A stretch of 64,000 nucleotides of DNA from Podarcis muralis (taxonomy: Eukaryota), in NCBI RefSeq assembly GCF_964188315.1, contig NC_135673.1, positions 18,352,001 through 18,416,000 on the forward strand, in the 5' to 3' direction. The translations under genes and the position numbers were made by a program. Numbering within the stretch: position 1 is the stretch's first letter; each line of letters begins with the position of its first letter. Shown in pieces: positions 47,131 to 60,313 of this stretch. Under the pieces are notes generated by a model. That model saw nothing but the letters and a program-made list of their open reading frames with translations, made no database searches and was not told the DNA's origin.

Positions 47131-50100
47131 TTCACGGATGTTTAGCAGGCAGTTTGCAAAGTGTGGCAACGTTTGGAGGCTCACCTCTGCCAAGGGCAGG
47201 CTCCTTGTTTTCCCCACACACGTGTCTTAATACAAGTGATTGCTTTTTTAAAATTTATGTTTTGCCGCCCTTAAAATATTTGCAAAAATCCACAGAACGC
47301 GGCTCATGCAATGTCTTTGGAAGCCGTTTTCTCTGCTGCCTTCTAGCAAAACTCTTAATGCAAGCTTTCCGTTTTGGTGACTTGTGGAGCGAGCCTTTTC
47401 TGGAGGGAGAGTTTTCCTCCTCCGCTCTTCCGGGTTTGCAAGTCCTGCCTCTTCCTGGAGAGTAGAGAGCAAGCTAGGATAGGGAAATCTCGCTTTAAAC
47501 CAGCGGTTCTGAACAGGTTGAGAAAGGCTGCTTTTGCTTTCCATTCTCTTAAGAAACCTTGATCCTTCACTTCCTCAAATCTCACGCGCACACACTTTAC
47601 AAGAGCCCCAAATCTCACACCGGGGTGGGGGGTGGGGGGGCGGACTCTCTGTGCATAGTCTAGAGCAGCGCTTTTCAAACTTTTTCGGCCACCGCCCCCT
47701 TGCCTCCATAAACTCAACCCCAGCGCCTGCTACCCTATAAAAAGACATTGTTCAGAATTTTTTTGTTGGCATCCATCTGTCTCGAGAGACAGTGGAATGC
47801 GCCTCCGGGGGTGAAGTCAAAACTGCTGGAGAATCACGGTCCCAATAACAGACAATAACAGTAAAATTAAAAACAGCAACAATTAATTGAACATTTCCTC
47901 AAAATCCAATTAAAACTCTTTGGCTTAATTGGAGGAACTTGATCCAGTGATAGCAGCTTTTCAAAGTGTAATAGTTATTTACACCTTCAGCGCCACTCTG
48001 CCCCCCTCTTGTCTCTTAGTGCCCCCCAGGGAATCAGCCTCCTCCCGCCGCTGCCCTCCCCCCGCCATGTTACTGCACACTTTGGGAACCATTTGGTCAG
48101 GGTGTCTTTTTGCACCTCTGCTTCCCCTTGCTATTGCAAAAAAAACAACAACCCCAAGAACAAAATATGCAGCTGGCTGCTCAGAAGACTGCCCCCCTCT
48201 AGACTTGGGAAAATTGTGCACACCCACCCAGCTATGACAGTTGTCTCCAGCATTCCTTCCTGACTCCAGTCTAAATTAAACCTGCCCAAAGCATTGATGC
48301 GTCATCTGTGTATGTTTAAAAAGTTCAGACCCTCCAAATGCCCCTATTTTCCAGTGACGTTCCTGGTTTAGAGAAGCCGTCCTGGTTTCCGATTTGATCC
48401 CAGATTGTCCCACTTTTCCTTAGGATGTCCCTAATTTCATTGGAGAAATGTTGGAGGGTATGGAGTTACCTGATCCCCAAGCCATCTGAAGGCAATCCTG
48501 TATAGGGAAGGTGTTGGTTTTTAAAAAAGTTTAATCTTTTATTACATTTCAAATATGTTGGAAGCTGCCCAGAGTGGCTGGGGCAACCCAGTAAGATGTG
48601 TGGGGTATATATAGTAAAATTATCATTCTGGAATGGGACGTCCCCATTTTCATCGGAGAAATGTTGGAGGGCATGAAAGTTGCTTTCTGGCTTGCATATG
48701 CACCACATATTTAGAGCATATTTCCACCCACCCACCCACCCCTGAAGAATCCTGGGAACTGTAGTTTAAAGGTGTTGGAAATTGAAGTCTTGTGAAATAT
48801 AGTTCCCACAATTCTTTTGTTGAGGGGTGTTTTTAAATGTACAGTATAGCATGAATTCAGCCTTTTTATAATACTAATAATTTATTATTTATACCCCGCC
48901 CATCTGGCTGGGTTTCCACAGCCACTCTGGGGAATTTAAAAAATTTTAAAAGTGGAGATGTGAGTTTGGACTAGCTTCTTACTATTATTCTCTCTCTCTC
49001 CTCTTAAAAAAAAGTAGACTGAGATCTCATTTCTCTTCCCTTATTAGTTTAGCATAATCCAATGAAACATTAATGAAATCGCCAGCATCTACTTTGCAGG
49101 CAGTTTCTTTAAAAAAAAATAATCAGCATGTCACCCAACATCTTCAGAGGTGTTTTATCCAACAATATCTCCTTAGAGATATTCTCATTGGAATTAAAGG
49201 GCTTGACTGATTTGGGTCCATTAGTGTCAATGGACCTATTATTTAACGTGTTTATATTTATACCTGCTTCCTCCCAAGGTGGTATGCAAAGCAGCTCATC
49301 GCATTCAAAAGCAACATTCTAAAATACAATTATACAATAATTATACTACATCAAAGTTGGACCACAACTCCATTGCTTTTCTATCCCCTGCACCCACTTT
49401 AGTTTTGGAAGCCAGCTTGTGCTACACAGAACGGGGGTCGCAGTTCCCCCTTCCATGAACTTGATTTCTTTCTCTGCAAGAGATCCATGATACATTTCCC
49501 CCTAATTAAATGATGTTGCGTAGTGGCTGGTCTAAGGGAGCTGCAGCAAAGATAATGAGCTGCTATTTTGAATCAACTCTAATTACAGCACTCTTGCTAT
49601 GTGTGGCTTCTAGAATCAGGCCCTGCCTGGCAGGTGGCAGGTCACAGTCTGGATTTCCACAGCATATTTTTTTTAAACACATGCTAGTATCCATACTGCT
49701 GAATAACCAACCGCAAAAATATTACGGCAATTTAAATATTGCCATTATTTTGCATGAAATAACTGGGTCCTGTATTTCCATTTCAGAGAGAGTGAGAGTG
49801 TTGGGTGGGTGTTTTAATGCAATAGTGCGAGTTGAGGTGTCTTCGTCTGGCTGCACATACTGACTTCTGAGCAAGCAGAGATCAGCATTCCAGACCCACC
49901 CAAATTTTACTTCTTTATATGCTTCAGGGCATCTAGGTCTGTTGAAAGGGGTGAGAAGAAGATAACCTCTCTTTGTGGACCTTCGCTTCCTTGGGTGATC
50001 AAGGGACACAACTTGAATTATTTCAAGCATCTAGCCCTCATGGTTACTGAGATAATCTTGAAATTCATGCAACAGCCTTTTAATTATTATTTTAAAGCCC

Positions 50101-50398
50101 CAATTAACTTGCATTTCAACTGGTTTTGATGTTGGCTTTATTGGGACATTTCAGAATTTAATGTGCAGAAGTTCAGAGGTTGGGCATTGGAACAAAGCCA
50201 CTCCTGTCAATCATGTGTCATGAAGTGATTGCTAATTGTTCTGCTGGTGTGTTTGCAGAAAATGTGTGTGTGCATTCCCTTTACTGCAACTGGAAATATA
50301 TTGCACCAACATGGCTGTTCTCCAAACATGTGTACCAAAGTGTTTCTATGCAATAGACACACATATTCCTCTTGTAAACAGTGTAGGAGAAATATAGT

Positions 50399-51013
50399 AA
50401 AGTGGTACCTTAGTACTCAAACTTAATCTGTTCCGGAAGTCCATTCCAAAACCAAGGCGCACTTTTCCATAGAAGGTAATGCAAAACTGATTAATCCGTT
50501 CCAGACTTTTAAAAACAACTCCTAAAACAGCAATTTAGCATGAATTTTACTACTGAGACCGTTGATCCGTAAAATGAAAGTAATAATCAATGTACTGTAC
50601 TGTAAAATAAATAAGATAGTATTGTAGATGATGAAAATTTAAAAAAATTCAAATCTGTACTGATGATAGTCATTGTTTGGATGGGGGCTTTTATCCATTT
50701 CCGCAGTCACACAGTCAATCAATCCATCAGAACTGGGTTCCACACAGTCACAAAACTAAATTAACCCAAAAAGCCTCAAAAACAAAAATGCAAAATAAAT
50801 AGCAAAAACAAAAGCGCCAAACTTAATCCGTTCCGGAAGTCTGTTTGACTTCCGAAATGTTCAAAAACCAAGGCGCAGCTTATGATTGGTGCAGGCGCCC
50901 CCGAAACAATAGTCAACAGCCACACTGGACGTTCGGCTTCCAAAAAACGATCGAAAACACTTCTGGGTTTTCAGCATTTGGGAACCAAGGCGTTTAAGAA
51001 CCAGGGTACCACT
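50399..51013. mobile_element. Longer Tc1/mariner (Tigger-like) non-autonomous element
   Basis: aagtggtaccttagtactc...ttaagaaccagggtaccactg termini; internal repeat ttaatc(t/c)gttccggaagtc. Confidence 0.7.
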
Positions 51014-51625
51014 GTATTAAATAAAAGACCTCTTTATTTAAAGTTTCTTTAAACACTTTTCCTGAAATGCCCTACATGGGAACATGGGCCTAGTCTGGAT
51101 TTTTGTTGAAACGGCAGGCCTTTTGTTTTCTGGGGGGCAGAACCTCAGTTAGCTATGTATTTTTATTGATTTTGGAGGGGCAGCTGCCTCCCCCCCGGCT
51201 GCACTCATGGGTGGGAAAACTGAGCTGGTGTGAAAGGGAACCTCAGTTCCACCCCCACCATCCGCCATGCCAACTGTTTTCTCTCATCCAGAATTGTGTG
51301 TCCCTTTCCCTGGTGGATACAATACACAGAAATGACTGCCTTAACAGTATTAAGTTCAGGGTCTAAATTAACTTGAGCTGCACCACCACCAGTTTCATGG
51401 TGTAGTCCTCCCCAGTGCGCTCTGCCTAGCCACCCCCCACCCCGCCCCCCAAAACCTGTGGTCACTTTTGTCTCTCCCCCTCAAGCAAAAATAAATGGCC
51501 GGGTTGTGAGTGGGGCATGGGATGTGGGTGTCAGAATTCCCCTTTCACACCCCTTTCCTCCTTTCTTGTGTTGCTCCACACCCTGACAGACTGGAATTGT
51601 TTGGGTCGCATGAGGTATTCAGAGG

Positions 51626-51768
51626 NNNNNNNNNNNNNNNNNNNNNNNNNNNNNNNNNNNNNNNNNNNNNNNNNNNNNNNNNNNNNNNNNNNNNNNNNNN
51701 NNNNNNNNNNNNNNNNNNNNNNNNNNNNNNNNNNNNNNNNNNNNNNNNNNNNNNNNNNNNNNNNNNNN
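51626..51768. other. Assembly gap (143 N)
   Basis: Run of N. Confidence 1.
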
Positions 51769-52054
51769 TTCATGTCGAAAGCTTTATTTAAAGGAGGCAA
51801 GTTGAGGCAAGAATTTTGTTTAGCAGGGATGCCTGTGGAGAGGCCTGACACTTTGCCACACGGTCACTTATTTGCATGCTTTTTACAAGGACAACACCCA
51901 CCACACAAAGGGCAAGAGGTGGGGAGCCTTTCTTTTGCGAGCCTCCCAGGTGCGCATTCCCTTACAGGTAACATTCCAGGGGCTACAGGCCATTTGTAGG
52001 TACAGCTGCACACAAGTTGGAGGGTTAGATATGGAGTTAGTCATGTGCAGAGTA

Positions 52055-52299
52055 AAGTAAAGCTAAAGGGACCCCTGACCATTAGGTCCAGTCGTGACCG
52101 ACTCTGGGGTTGCTGCGCTCATCTCACTCTACTGGCCGAGGGAGCCGGCGTACAGCTTCTGGGTCATGTGGCCAGCATGACTAAGCCGCTTCTGGCGAAC
52201 CAGAGCAGCGCACGGAAACGCCGTTTACCTTCCTGCCGGAGCGGTACCTATTTATCTACTTGCAGTTTGACGTGCTTTCGAACTGCTAGGTTGGCAGGA
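52055..52299 (-). mobile_element. Sauria SINE, 5'-truncated
   Basis: Perfect 13-bp TSD CATGTGCAGAGTA at 52042-52054 and 52300-52312. Confidence 0.9.
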
Positions 52300-54433
52300 C
52301 ATGTGCAGAGTAGACCTGTTTAAATTTTTAAAATGTGGCCTGCAGACACCCCATGCCTTTGGAGTACATGGTTTCTTCCCCCAAAGAATCTTGGGAAGTG
52401 TATTTTTGCTCCCCAGGGAGCTACAGTTCCCAGTGCCTTTAACAAACTGCGGTGCCTATAACTCTTTGGGAAAAGCTGAGTGCTTTTAACTTTTTTATTT
52501 CATAAAATCTATACAGCGCTTCATGATTTAAGAAATAAAAACTTTAACACAGTTAACAACTGAGACAAAAGAACAAAATTATCAACAGGAAGAATTAACA
52601 ATAATTTAAGACATTCGAAAAGTTAAAATAGCAATAGACTCACATCTGCTTTCTAAATAGCTGCATAGGCTTGTCTACATAAAATTGTTTTTTGCAGGTG
52701 CCGAAAAGAGTATAGCAAAGGCGCCTGACCAATATCCATAGGCAGGAAGTTCTGGGGGTTAGAAAAAAATTAAGTTCTGAGAGATGTGGGCTGGGGCTTA
52801 TGTGTGATGTGTACCCAGCCTAACACTGGCATGTTAAATATAGGATAGATCTGCACCCTATATTTATCTATTTGGACTTCCCTCAATGAATCCTGGGAAC
52901 TGCAATTCACCCTTCACAGAGCATCCTTAACCAACTGCAGCAGGGGCTGTACCTTGGAGCAGCAAACCTTCCCCTAAAAATGAAGATTCTTGTCATGGTT
53001 CTGAGTAAAGGGCTAAATTTAATAGGAACTTGCTACTTATATTTAACTTAGGAAGATTCCTTCTACTAAGTCAGACTCTTGGTCCACTGTCTACACTGGC
53101 TGACAGCAGCTTCACGAGGTGGCTTCCGGCAGGGAGTCTTTTTCCCAGACCTACCTGGAGGAGATCTGCTGGGTGTTGAACCCAGGACCTTCAGCAAGCA
53201 AAGCAAGTGATCTGCCACTGAGCTGCAGCCCTTCCTCATACATTTGGTGCCCTCCAGGTGTTTTGCACTAAAGCTCCCATCAGTCCCAGCCAGCAAGTCA
53301 AAGCCTTGAACAATTCAGCTAAACGCTTGTTTGCAGGGCCTGCATTAACAGCCTGTCCTAGAGATATTGGCTGGCTCTCCTAGTTTGGGGTCCTTCTGAC
53401 ACACGGGAACTCACTCAGATTGTCCAGCAAACAACTGGTTGCTCAACCAATCTGTTCCCCCCCCACACACACCCCTTACTGCCAGTCCTCACGTTCCCCT
53501 CCTAGCAGCTCTTCCCACAGGCCCAGCCAGATGAAGCCTGCAAAAGAAGGAGCAAAAGAAACATCCTAATGTGTGAGCATTAGCCCCAGAAGCCACTTAA
53601 AAAGGGATCAAGGATGCAGCGTGGCCCACATGCAGAGGGGCGGTGATCACACTTACTCATCCTCTTAGAGCCTATAAATAGAAATCCTAGAAGCACATTC
53701 ACCAGGGGTGGCAGAGTTTATTTATTTGCAGGGCATAGTGAGTTCTGGCATCAAGCAAACACAAAGGCCATTAAACAACAAGAAATTTTAAAGTCCTATA
53801 GCAGCAGCTGGAAACTTCTAAGGCCACATGTGGCCCTCTCTGTCCAGCCTCCAGTGCTCTTTCCTTGACCACCCCTCTGCCCCCAACCCTCTCCCCATGG
53901 GCCCTGCTGCTCCTGGAGTACATGAGTGTGCTTGGAATGTGTCCTTGAGCTGTGACAACACTGCTGTCCTGCCTGAACTGAGACATGTCTATATCTGTAT
54001 ATCTATGTATAGAGCAACCTCTGGGGCTGCAGTTGATGAAACGCTACTCAGAGTAGACCAATGAAATTAGGGAAGGGATGTGGCTCTGTGGAAGAGCCCC
54101 TGCTCTGCATGCAGAAGGTTTTGGGTTCAATCCCCAGTGTCATCTTCAGGTAGGACTGGAGAGTTACTGCCAGTCAGTGTAGACAATATGGAACTGAAAG
54201 GCTCAATGGTCCAATGACTCAATAGAAAGCAGCTTCTTATGTGCCAGGTTCACACCAGAGGAAAAGACTCCTGTTCGTTATCAACCAGGGTTCCAGAACA
54301 GCCTCAGAACTTAACAGTGTGGTTCTGGTTTTGCAGTTCTGGGGTTGCACACTTTTTGCAGCAGCCAGATGCCAGGCCGAATAGCGAGAGGCCAGTGGGT
54401 CAGTTTTGGGGATACAGTTTGACATTAAATAAA

Positions 54434-54434
<1 letters not shown>

Positions 54435-54489
<55 letters not shown>
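54435..54489. repeat. (TAG)n microsatellite
   Basis: Direct reading. Confidence 0.95.
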
Positions 54490-55378
54490 ATGTTGTTTGT
54501 TATACAACCTTGGTTATACAACCAAGGGGTTGACCTGACCCAGGTAGGCTACCCTGGCCAGTAGGTCACCTCCAGAAGGGATTGATCTACTCCTGTGCCA
54601 CAATTTAGTGGCTAGTGTGGTTCTTTGGAGCAGGTTCTCTGGCCTCCTTGGTCATCAAATATCCCTGCCCTGAGATTTATATAAACTGCAAAGGGGGTTA
54701 ATCTGGCCTTGCCCACAAAGGCTGTGATCTAGCTAACTTTGGATTCCAAGAGCCAGGACTGGGTTTGTGTATAAGGCTATGCACACACTGCAAATTTAAA
54801 GCAACCCACCCAACCCCCTTAAAAGGAAAAAAAAGAATCCTGGGAACTGGAACTCTGTGAAAGGTAAAACAAAGTCCCCAGGGCTCTTTGAGGGAAAGCC
54901 ATGTGCTTCAGATGTTTGGTATGTACACTCAACCAATGGAAGGGAGCCTGTTTTGTTGGCTGGTTCTTGTTTTACAATAACCTTGTTAAGTTTATATTGC
55001 TCCTTATTCCTTCCTAGAATGGAGCGGCTCCCCTTTGAAGAAAGTTTGCAGCAATGGGGACTTTTTAATTTAAAGAAAGCCTTTCTTTGCACAGCACATA
55101 GTTAAACTATACTTCCACAGGAGGCAGTAACAGACACCAACCTAGACGGCTTTAAAAAAGGATTATACAAATACATAAAGGAGGAGAGGGCTAATGAGGG
55201 CTACTGGCCATAATGGCTGTTCTCTGCCTCCATAGGTGCTTCTGAATACCAGTTCCTGGAAATCACAGGAGAGGAGAGAGATCTTGTGCTTGAATCCTGT
55301 TTGCTGGTTTCCCCTTTGGGGTATCAGGTTGGTCACTGTAAGAACAGGGCACTGATCCAGCTGGTGGTTTGAAAGATC

Positions 55379-55380
<2 letters not shown>

Positions 55381-55428
<48 letters not shown>

Positions 55429-55850
55429 TTTATTTATACCCCGCCGCCAAAGCCGGGCTCAGGGCAGCTAACAGCATTAAAATTTCAGTAAAAACATAAT
55501 GGGGGGGGGGCACCAATTTAAAATACAGGTTAAAATGCAATTTAAAATGCAGCCTCATTTTAAAAGTAGCCCATAGATCAAAACCATAAGAGGAGGGAAA
55601 CATAAGGGTCAGACTGAGTCCAAACCAAAGGCCAGGTGCAACAGCTCTGTCTTGCAGGCCCTGTGGAAAGGTCAAGTCCCGCAGGGCCCTAGTCTCTTGT
55701 GACAGAGCATTCCACCAAGTTGGGGCCGGTACTGAAAAGGCCCTGGGCCTGGTTGAGACCAATCTAACCACCTTGCGACCTGTTGTCATTTGTGGACCTT
55801 AAGGTCCTCCGCGGGGCATACCAGGAGAGGCAGTCCCATATAAAGTGATT
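55381..55850 (-). mobile_element. L2-type LINE 3' fragment with (TTA)n tail
   Basis: RAFSVPAPTWWNAL-like C-terminus; tttatacccc 3' end; tail reads (AAT)n on + at 55381-55427. Confidence 0.75.
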
Positions 55851-56824
55851 CAAGGCTGCATATATGCGTCTTCTGCGTCAGCCCTTCCAATTTTATTCTC
55901 ACAACAACCCTATGCGGTAGGTTGAGTTGAGAGTGAGAGGGGTTGCCTCAGACTTCATGGCACCTGGGCCTCCCTTTGTGCTGATGCTATGAATAAAGTG
56001 TGGAATTTTCATATGGGCCTTTTCTGAGGAATCTTCAAAGTCCTTAGGGGTGCATGACCAAGTTGTGTGGCAGTGCTGGCTACTCCTGTTTTTCAGAGAA
56101 TTTGGTGCCTTGAATCAGGCTTACTGTATGAATTTATGGTTGAGGCCTTGTCAGAATGAGGCCACCCACACAGGCAAGAATAAGGAAACAAAACAAAAAA
56201 AGGCATTCTACATACCTAGGGACGCTTTTGCCTTTTATTTTTTTAACTGTTTTCTTGGGGGGGGGGTGGATTTCCTGGTGCAGCCGACATCTGTGTCATG
56301 AGGAAAATGTTGCAATGCTTTCTGATAGGGCTGTGGTGGTGGTGGAGCTGAGTGTAACATCATGACCCTATCGTCATTTCAGTCCTGGGTGAGGGTTCGA
56401 GATGCTGTAATCAGAGAGTGACTAAAAATCATGACATGAGGAGGTCAGAGGAAGTTGACTGTTGCAAAAACGCCGTGTTCCTTTTCGACAAACACTGTTT
56501 CCTGTGTGCAAAGTCTGTCTCTGTGTGTGTAAGGTTGTGTGAGTGAAGGGGGAGGAGGGAGAGGTGGAAGGCAGCAAGTCTGCTCTGGACTCGCCCCTGG
56601 CACAAAGAGAGGCTGCCTTAGACTGAGTCAGTCCATCTAATTCAGTGTCACCATCACCAACACTGACTGGCAGCAGCACTGGCTTTCCAAGGTTTTAGAT
56701 TGGAGACATTCCCAGCCCTACCTTGATATTCCCAGAGGGATTGAACCTGGGCCCTTTGCATGCAGAGCAGGTGCTCCATCTCTGAACCCTGGTCCTTCCT
56801 CCTGGACAGAAGGTTGCCATAGAG

Positions 56825-57078
56825 CAGGGGTCAGTGAACTTTTTCAGCTGGGGGGCCGGTCCACTGTCCCTCAGACCTTGGGGGGGGGGGGCTGGACTAT
56901 ATTTTGAAGAAGAAAAAATGAACGAATTCCTATGCCCCACAAAAAACCCAGAGATGCATTTTAAATAAAAGGACACATTCTACTCATGTAAAAACATGCT
57001 GATTCCCAGACCGTAGGTGGACCGGATTTAGAAGGCGATTGGGCCGGATCCAGCCCCCAGGCCTTAGTTTGCCTACTA
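56825..57078. mobile_element. hAT (Charlie-like) MITE
   Basis: caggggtcagtgaactttt...ggccttagtttgcctac termini. Confidence 0.65.
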
Positions 57079-57150
57079 CCTCCAGTGTTTCTAATGCTTT
57101 GGGGTGGCTAACAACTGTGAAGCGAGGGCAGAAATTTTAGCAGTGCTTTA

Positions 57151-57376
57151 CAGTGGTACCTCGGGTTACATACGCTTCAGATTACAGACCCCACTAACCC
57201 AGAAATAGTACCTCGGGTTAAGAACTTTGCTTCAGGATGAGAACAGAAATTGTGCTCTGGCGGCGTGGCGGCAGCGGGAAGCCCCATTAGCTAAAGTGGT
57301 GCTTCAGGTTAAGAACAGTTTCAGGTTAAGAACGGACCTCCGGAACGAATTAAGTACTTAACCCGAGGTACCACTG
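57151..57376. mobile_element. 226-bp Tc1/mariner MITE
   Basis: Perfect TIR cagtggtacctcgggtta / taacccgaggtaccactg with TA TSD. Confidence 0.92.
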
Positions 57377-58411
57377 TATTTATTTATTTTCCTCTGGCAA
57401 CAGAAAAAAAGTTCGTTTCATAAGGTTGTTGTTAGGACTGGACGTCCTCCCATTAGATGAGGCTAGGTACAAACACAAGCATACCTGCAACGGATCCTGG
57501 AAGTCCATTTTGTCCTTGGTTGTGCTTTTACTGTACTAGGCTACGTGTGGATTTAAGATGATCCTTGGTGGATCAGGCCTAAGGGGATCTTAGAGTAGTC
57601 CAGGACCCTGGGCCCAATAAATTCCCTATGCAAATTACTCTAATTTGCACATGAAGATTTCCCAGGAAATTCACATCACCTGATTAAGAACATAAGGAGA
57701 GCCAGTTGGATCAGGCCAATGGCCCATCAGGCCCAGCATCCTGTCCTCACAGTGGCCAACAAGATGCCCCCAATAGGAAACCTGCAAGCAGTTGGCACGA
57801 GGGCACTCTCCTCTCCTGTGGTCTCCAGAAACTGGCATTCGTAAGCGTTACTGCCTCTAACTGTGTATGCAGAGCATTGACCTCAGGGTTAGTAGGCACT
57901 GAACACCTCATCTCCTCCATGAATTCATCCAATTCTCTTTTAAAGCCATACAGGTTTGGCGGCCATCAGGGCCTCTTGGTCCTGGCCCACTAATGAGGCT
58001 GTGGGAGACACCCACCTTCAATGACAGATGCCCAGGGAAGTGGCACCCACCTTGCCTCTGTCTCAGTGGAGAAGCGTCACCCTCAAGTGGCACAAATTTC
58101 TGGAGAGGTCTCTTTTATATATTGCGAGATCTCATGGAGCACGTGAGACTTCACAAGACTTTGGCGGTATCTTGCAAGATGATATCTTGCAAGACAGATG
58201 TCAGATGTCAGAATCTGGATTCAAGAAATTGGATACATGGGCCCAAACTGACAGGAGCTCCACTTGCTCAACTGCTTTGAAGCGTGAGGGAAAAGCAGCC
58301 AGGCCAGTTTCTGGGGACGCAGCATTGTTGCTGATGAGTTAATTTGCTACAGAGCATCTAAGGGAGGAAAGGCGGTTCCAAACCCCAAAGCACCATGTAT
58401 ATTTCATGACT

Positions 58412-58968
58412 AAAAAAATTCCTTCCAGAAGCACCTTAGAGACCAACTAAGTTTGTTATTGGTATGAGCTTCCGTGTGCATGCACACTTCTTCAGATACA
58501 GGTTTACTACACCTATCAGCTAATCACCCATTCCCACCACCCTTCTGAGTAATACCCCTCCCCACCCTCTCACTATATACAGTGGTACCTCGGGTTACAG
58601 ACGCTTCAGGTTACACACTCCGCTAACACAGAAATAGTGCTTCAGGTTAAGAACTTTGCTTCAGGATAAGAACAGAAATCAGGCTCCGGTGGCCCGGCGG
58701 CAGCAGGAGACCCCATTAGCTAAAGTGGTGCTTCATGTTAAGAACAGTTTCAGGTTAAGAACAGACCTCCAGAACGAATTAAGTACTTAACCCGAGGTAC
58801 CACTGTATAAAGGTCTGGTGACTTCTGTTTCAGTGTATCTGAAGAAGTGTGCATGCACACAAAAGCTCACACCAATAACAAACTTAGTTGGTCTCTAAGG
58901 TGCTACTGGAAGGAGATTTTTAATTTTGTTTCGACTACGGCAGACCAACATGGCTACCTACCTGTAAC
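58412..58968 (+). mobile_element. Penelope-like element remnant with inverted terminal copy and hammerhead-like motifs
   Basis: About 85-bp inverted repeat (58414-58499 vs 58835-58921); 12-bp direct repeat TATTTCATGACT at 58400-58411 and 58969-58980; CTGAAGA-stem-(G)AAA motif in each arm. Confidence 0.7.
58580..58805. mobile_element. 226-bp Tc1/mariner MITE nested in the Penelope-like element
   Basis: TIR cagtggtacctcgggtta; inserted at a TA inside TATATAAA. Confidence 0.92.
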
Positions 58969-59230
58969 TATTTCATGACTGTTTATTAAGTTTCTGTCCT
59001 AGGATATAAGAAAGGTAGTCTCTCTAGCAAAAGATCACCCCCAGTGAGCTTCAGGACTGAGTTGGGAGGGATTTGAACCCTGGTCTCCGTCAGGGCCTAG
59101 TCCTCATTTAATCCCCACAACGACCCTGTGAGGTAGGTTATGCCGAGAGAGTTACTGGCCCCCAAGGTCACACCCATGACCTTTGTGACCAAATGGATGG
59201 ATTTAAACCCTGGTTTCTCCCAGGGCATAA

Positions 59231-59590
59231 GGACGTGGGTGGCCTCTTGGGCTTGCCAATCAGAAGGTCGGCAGTTTGAATCCCCGCGACTGGGTGAGCT
59301 CCCATTGTTCAGTCCCAGCTCCTGTCAACCTAGCAGTTCACAAGCATGCCAGAAAGTTCAAGTAGATAAATAGGTACTGCTCCGGCAGGAAGGTAAACGG
59401 TGTTTCCTTGCTCTGCTCTAATTTCGGTGTTCCATTGCACCAGAAGCGGCTTAGTCATGCTGGCCACATGACCTGGAAAAAACTGTGGACAAACACCTGC
59501 TCCCTCAACCTGTAAAGCGAGATGAGTGCCACAACACCAGGGTCGTCTGTGACTGGACTGAACTGTCAGGGGTCCTTTACCTTTACCTTT
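59231..59590 (+). mobile_element. Sauria SINE
   Basis: cagaaggtcggcagtttgaatccccgcg...gactggactgaactgtcaggggtcctttacctttacc. Confidence 0.85.
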
Positions 59591-59963
59591 TGTCTCCCAG
59601 GGCACCCTAACAACTATACTCCAACACACTACAGAGGCAACAAGCCGTTCTGGGCTTTTGAAGCTGGAAGGTGGGGCAAGTTACACATTATCCCAAGAGT
59701 GCACACACTAGCTGGAACACTCATCCACCACTCATCTGCTCTCACCTGAGAGAGGGCAGGGTCCACTCCACTGCTCTCGTGTGCCCAGGGAGGAGTTCCC
59801 TGGAGAGAAGCCAAGTGCAGAAAGGAAGAAGCTTGGTGCCTTGTGAACCAAACAACTGAGGACCTCCCTGTACTCAGTGGCAAAGCACTTCATGCTGGTC
59901 AGTGTAGACACAATACTGTGCTAGATGGACCAAGGGTTTGACTCAGTATAAGGCAGCTTCCTA

Positions 59964-60313
59964 GGGATGTGGCTGGCGCTGTGGTCTAAACCACTGAGCC
60001 TCTTAGGCTTGCTGACAAAGCTCCCATTGCTCTGTCCCAGCTCCTGCCAACCTATCAGTTCGAAAGCACGCCAGTTCAAGTAGGTAAAGAGATACTGCTG
60101 TGGCGGGAAGGTAAATGGCGTTTCCATGCGCTCTGGCACTCATCATGGTGTTGCGTTGCACCAGAAGCGGTTTAGTCATCCTGGCTACATGACCCGGAAA
60201 GCTGTCCGTGCACAAACGCCAGCTTCCTTGGCCTGAAAGCGAGATGAGCGCCGCAACCCCATAGTTGCCTTTGACTGGACTTAACCATCTAGGGGTCCTT
60301 TGCCTTTACCAAT
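59964..60313 (+). mobile_element. Sauria SINE inserted in another SINE
   Basis: 11-bp TSD GCAGCTTCCTA at 59953-59963 and 60314-60324. Confidence 0.85.
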
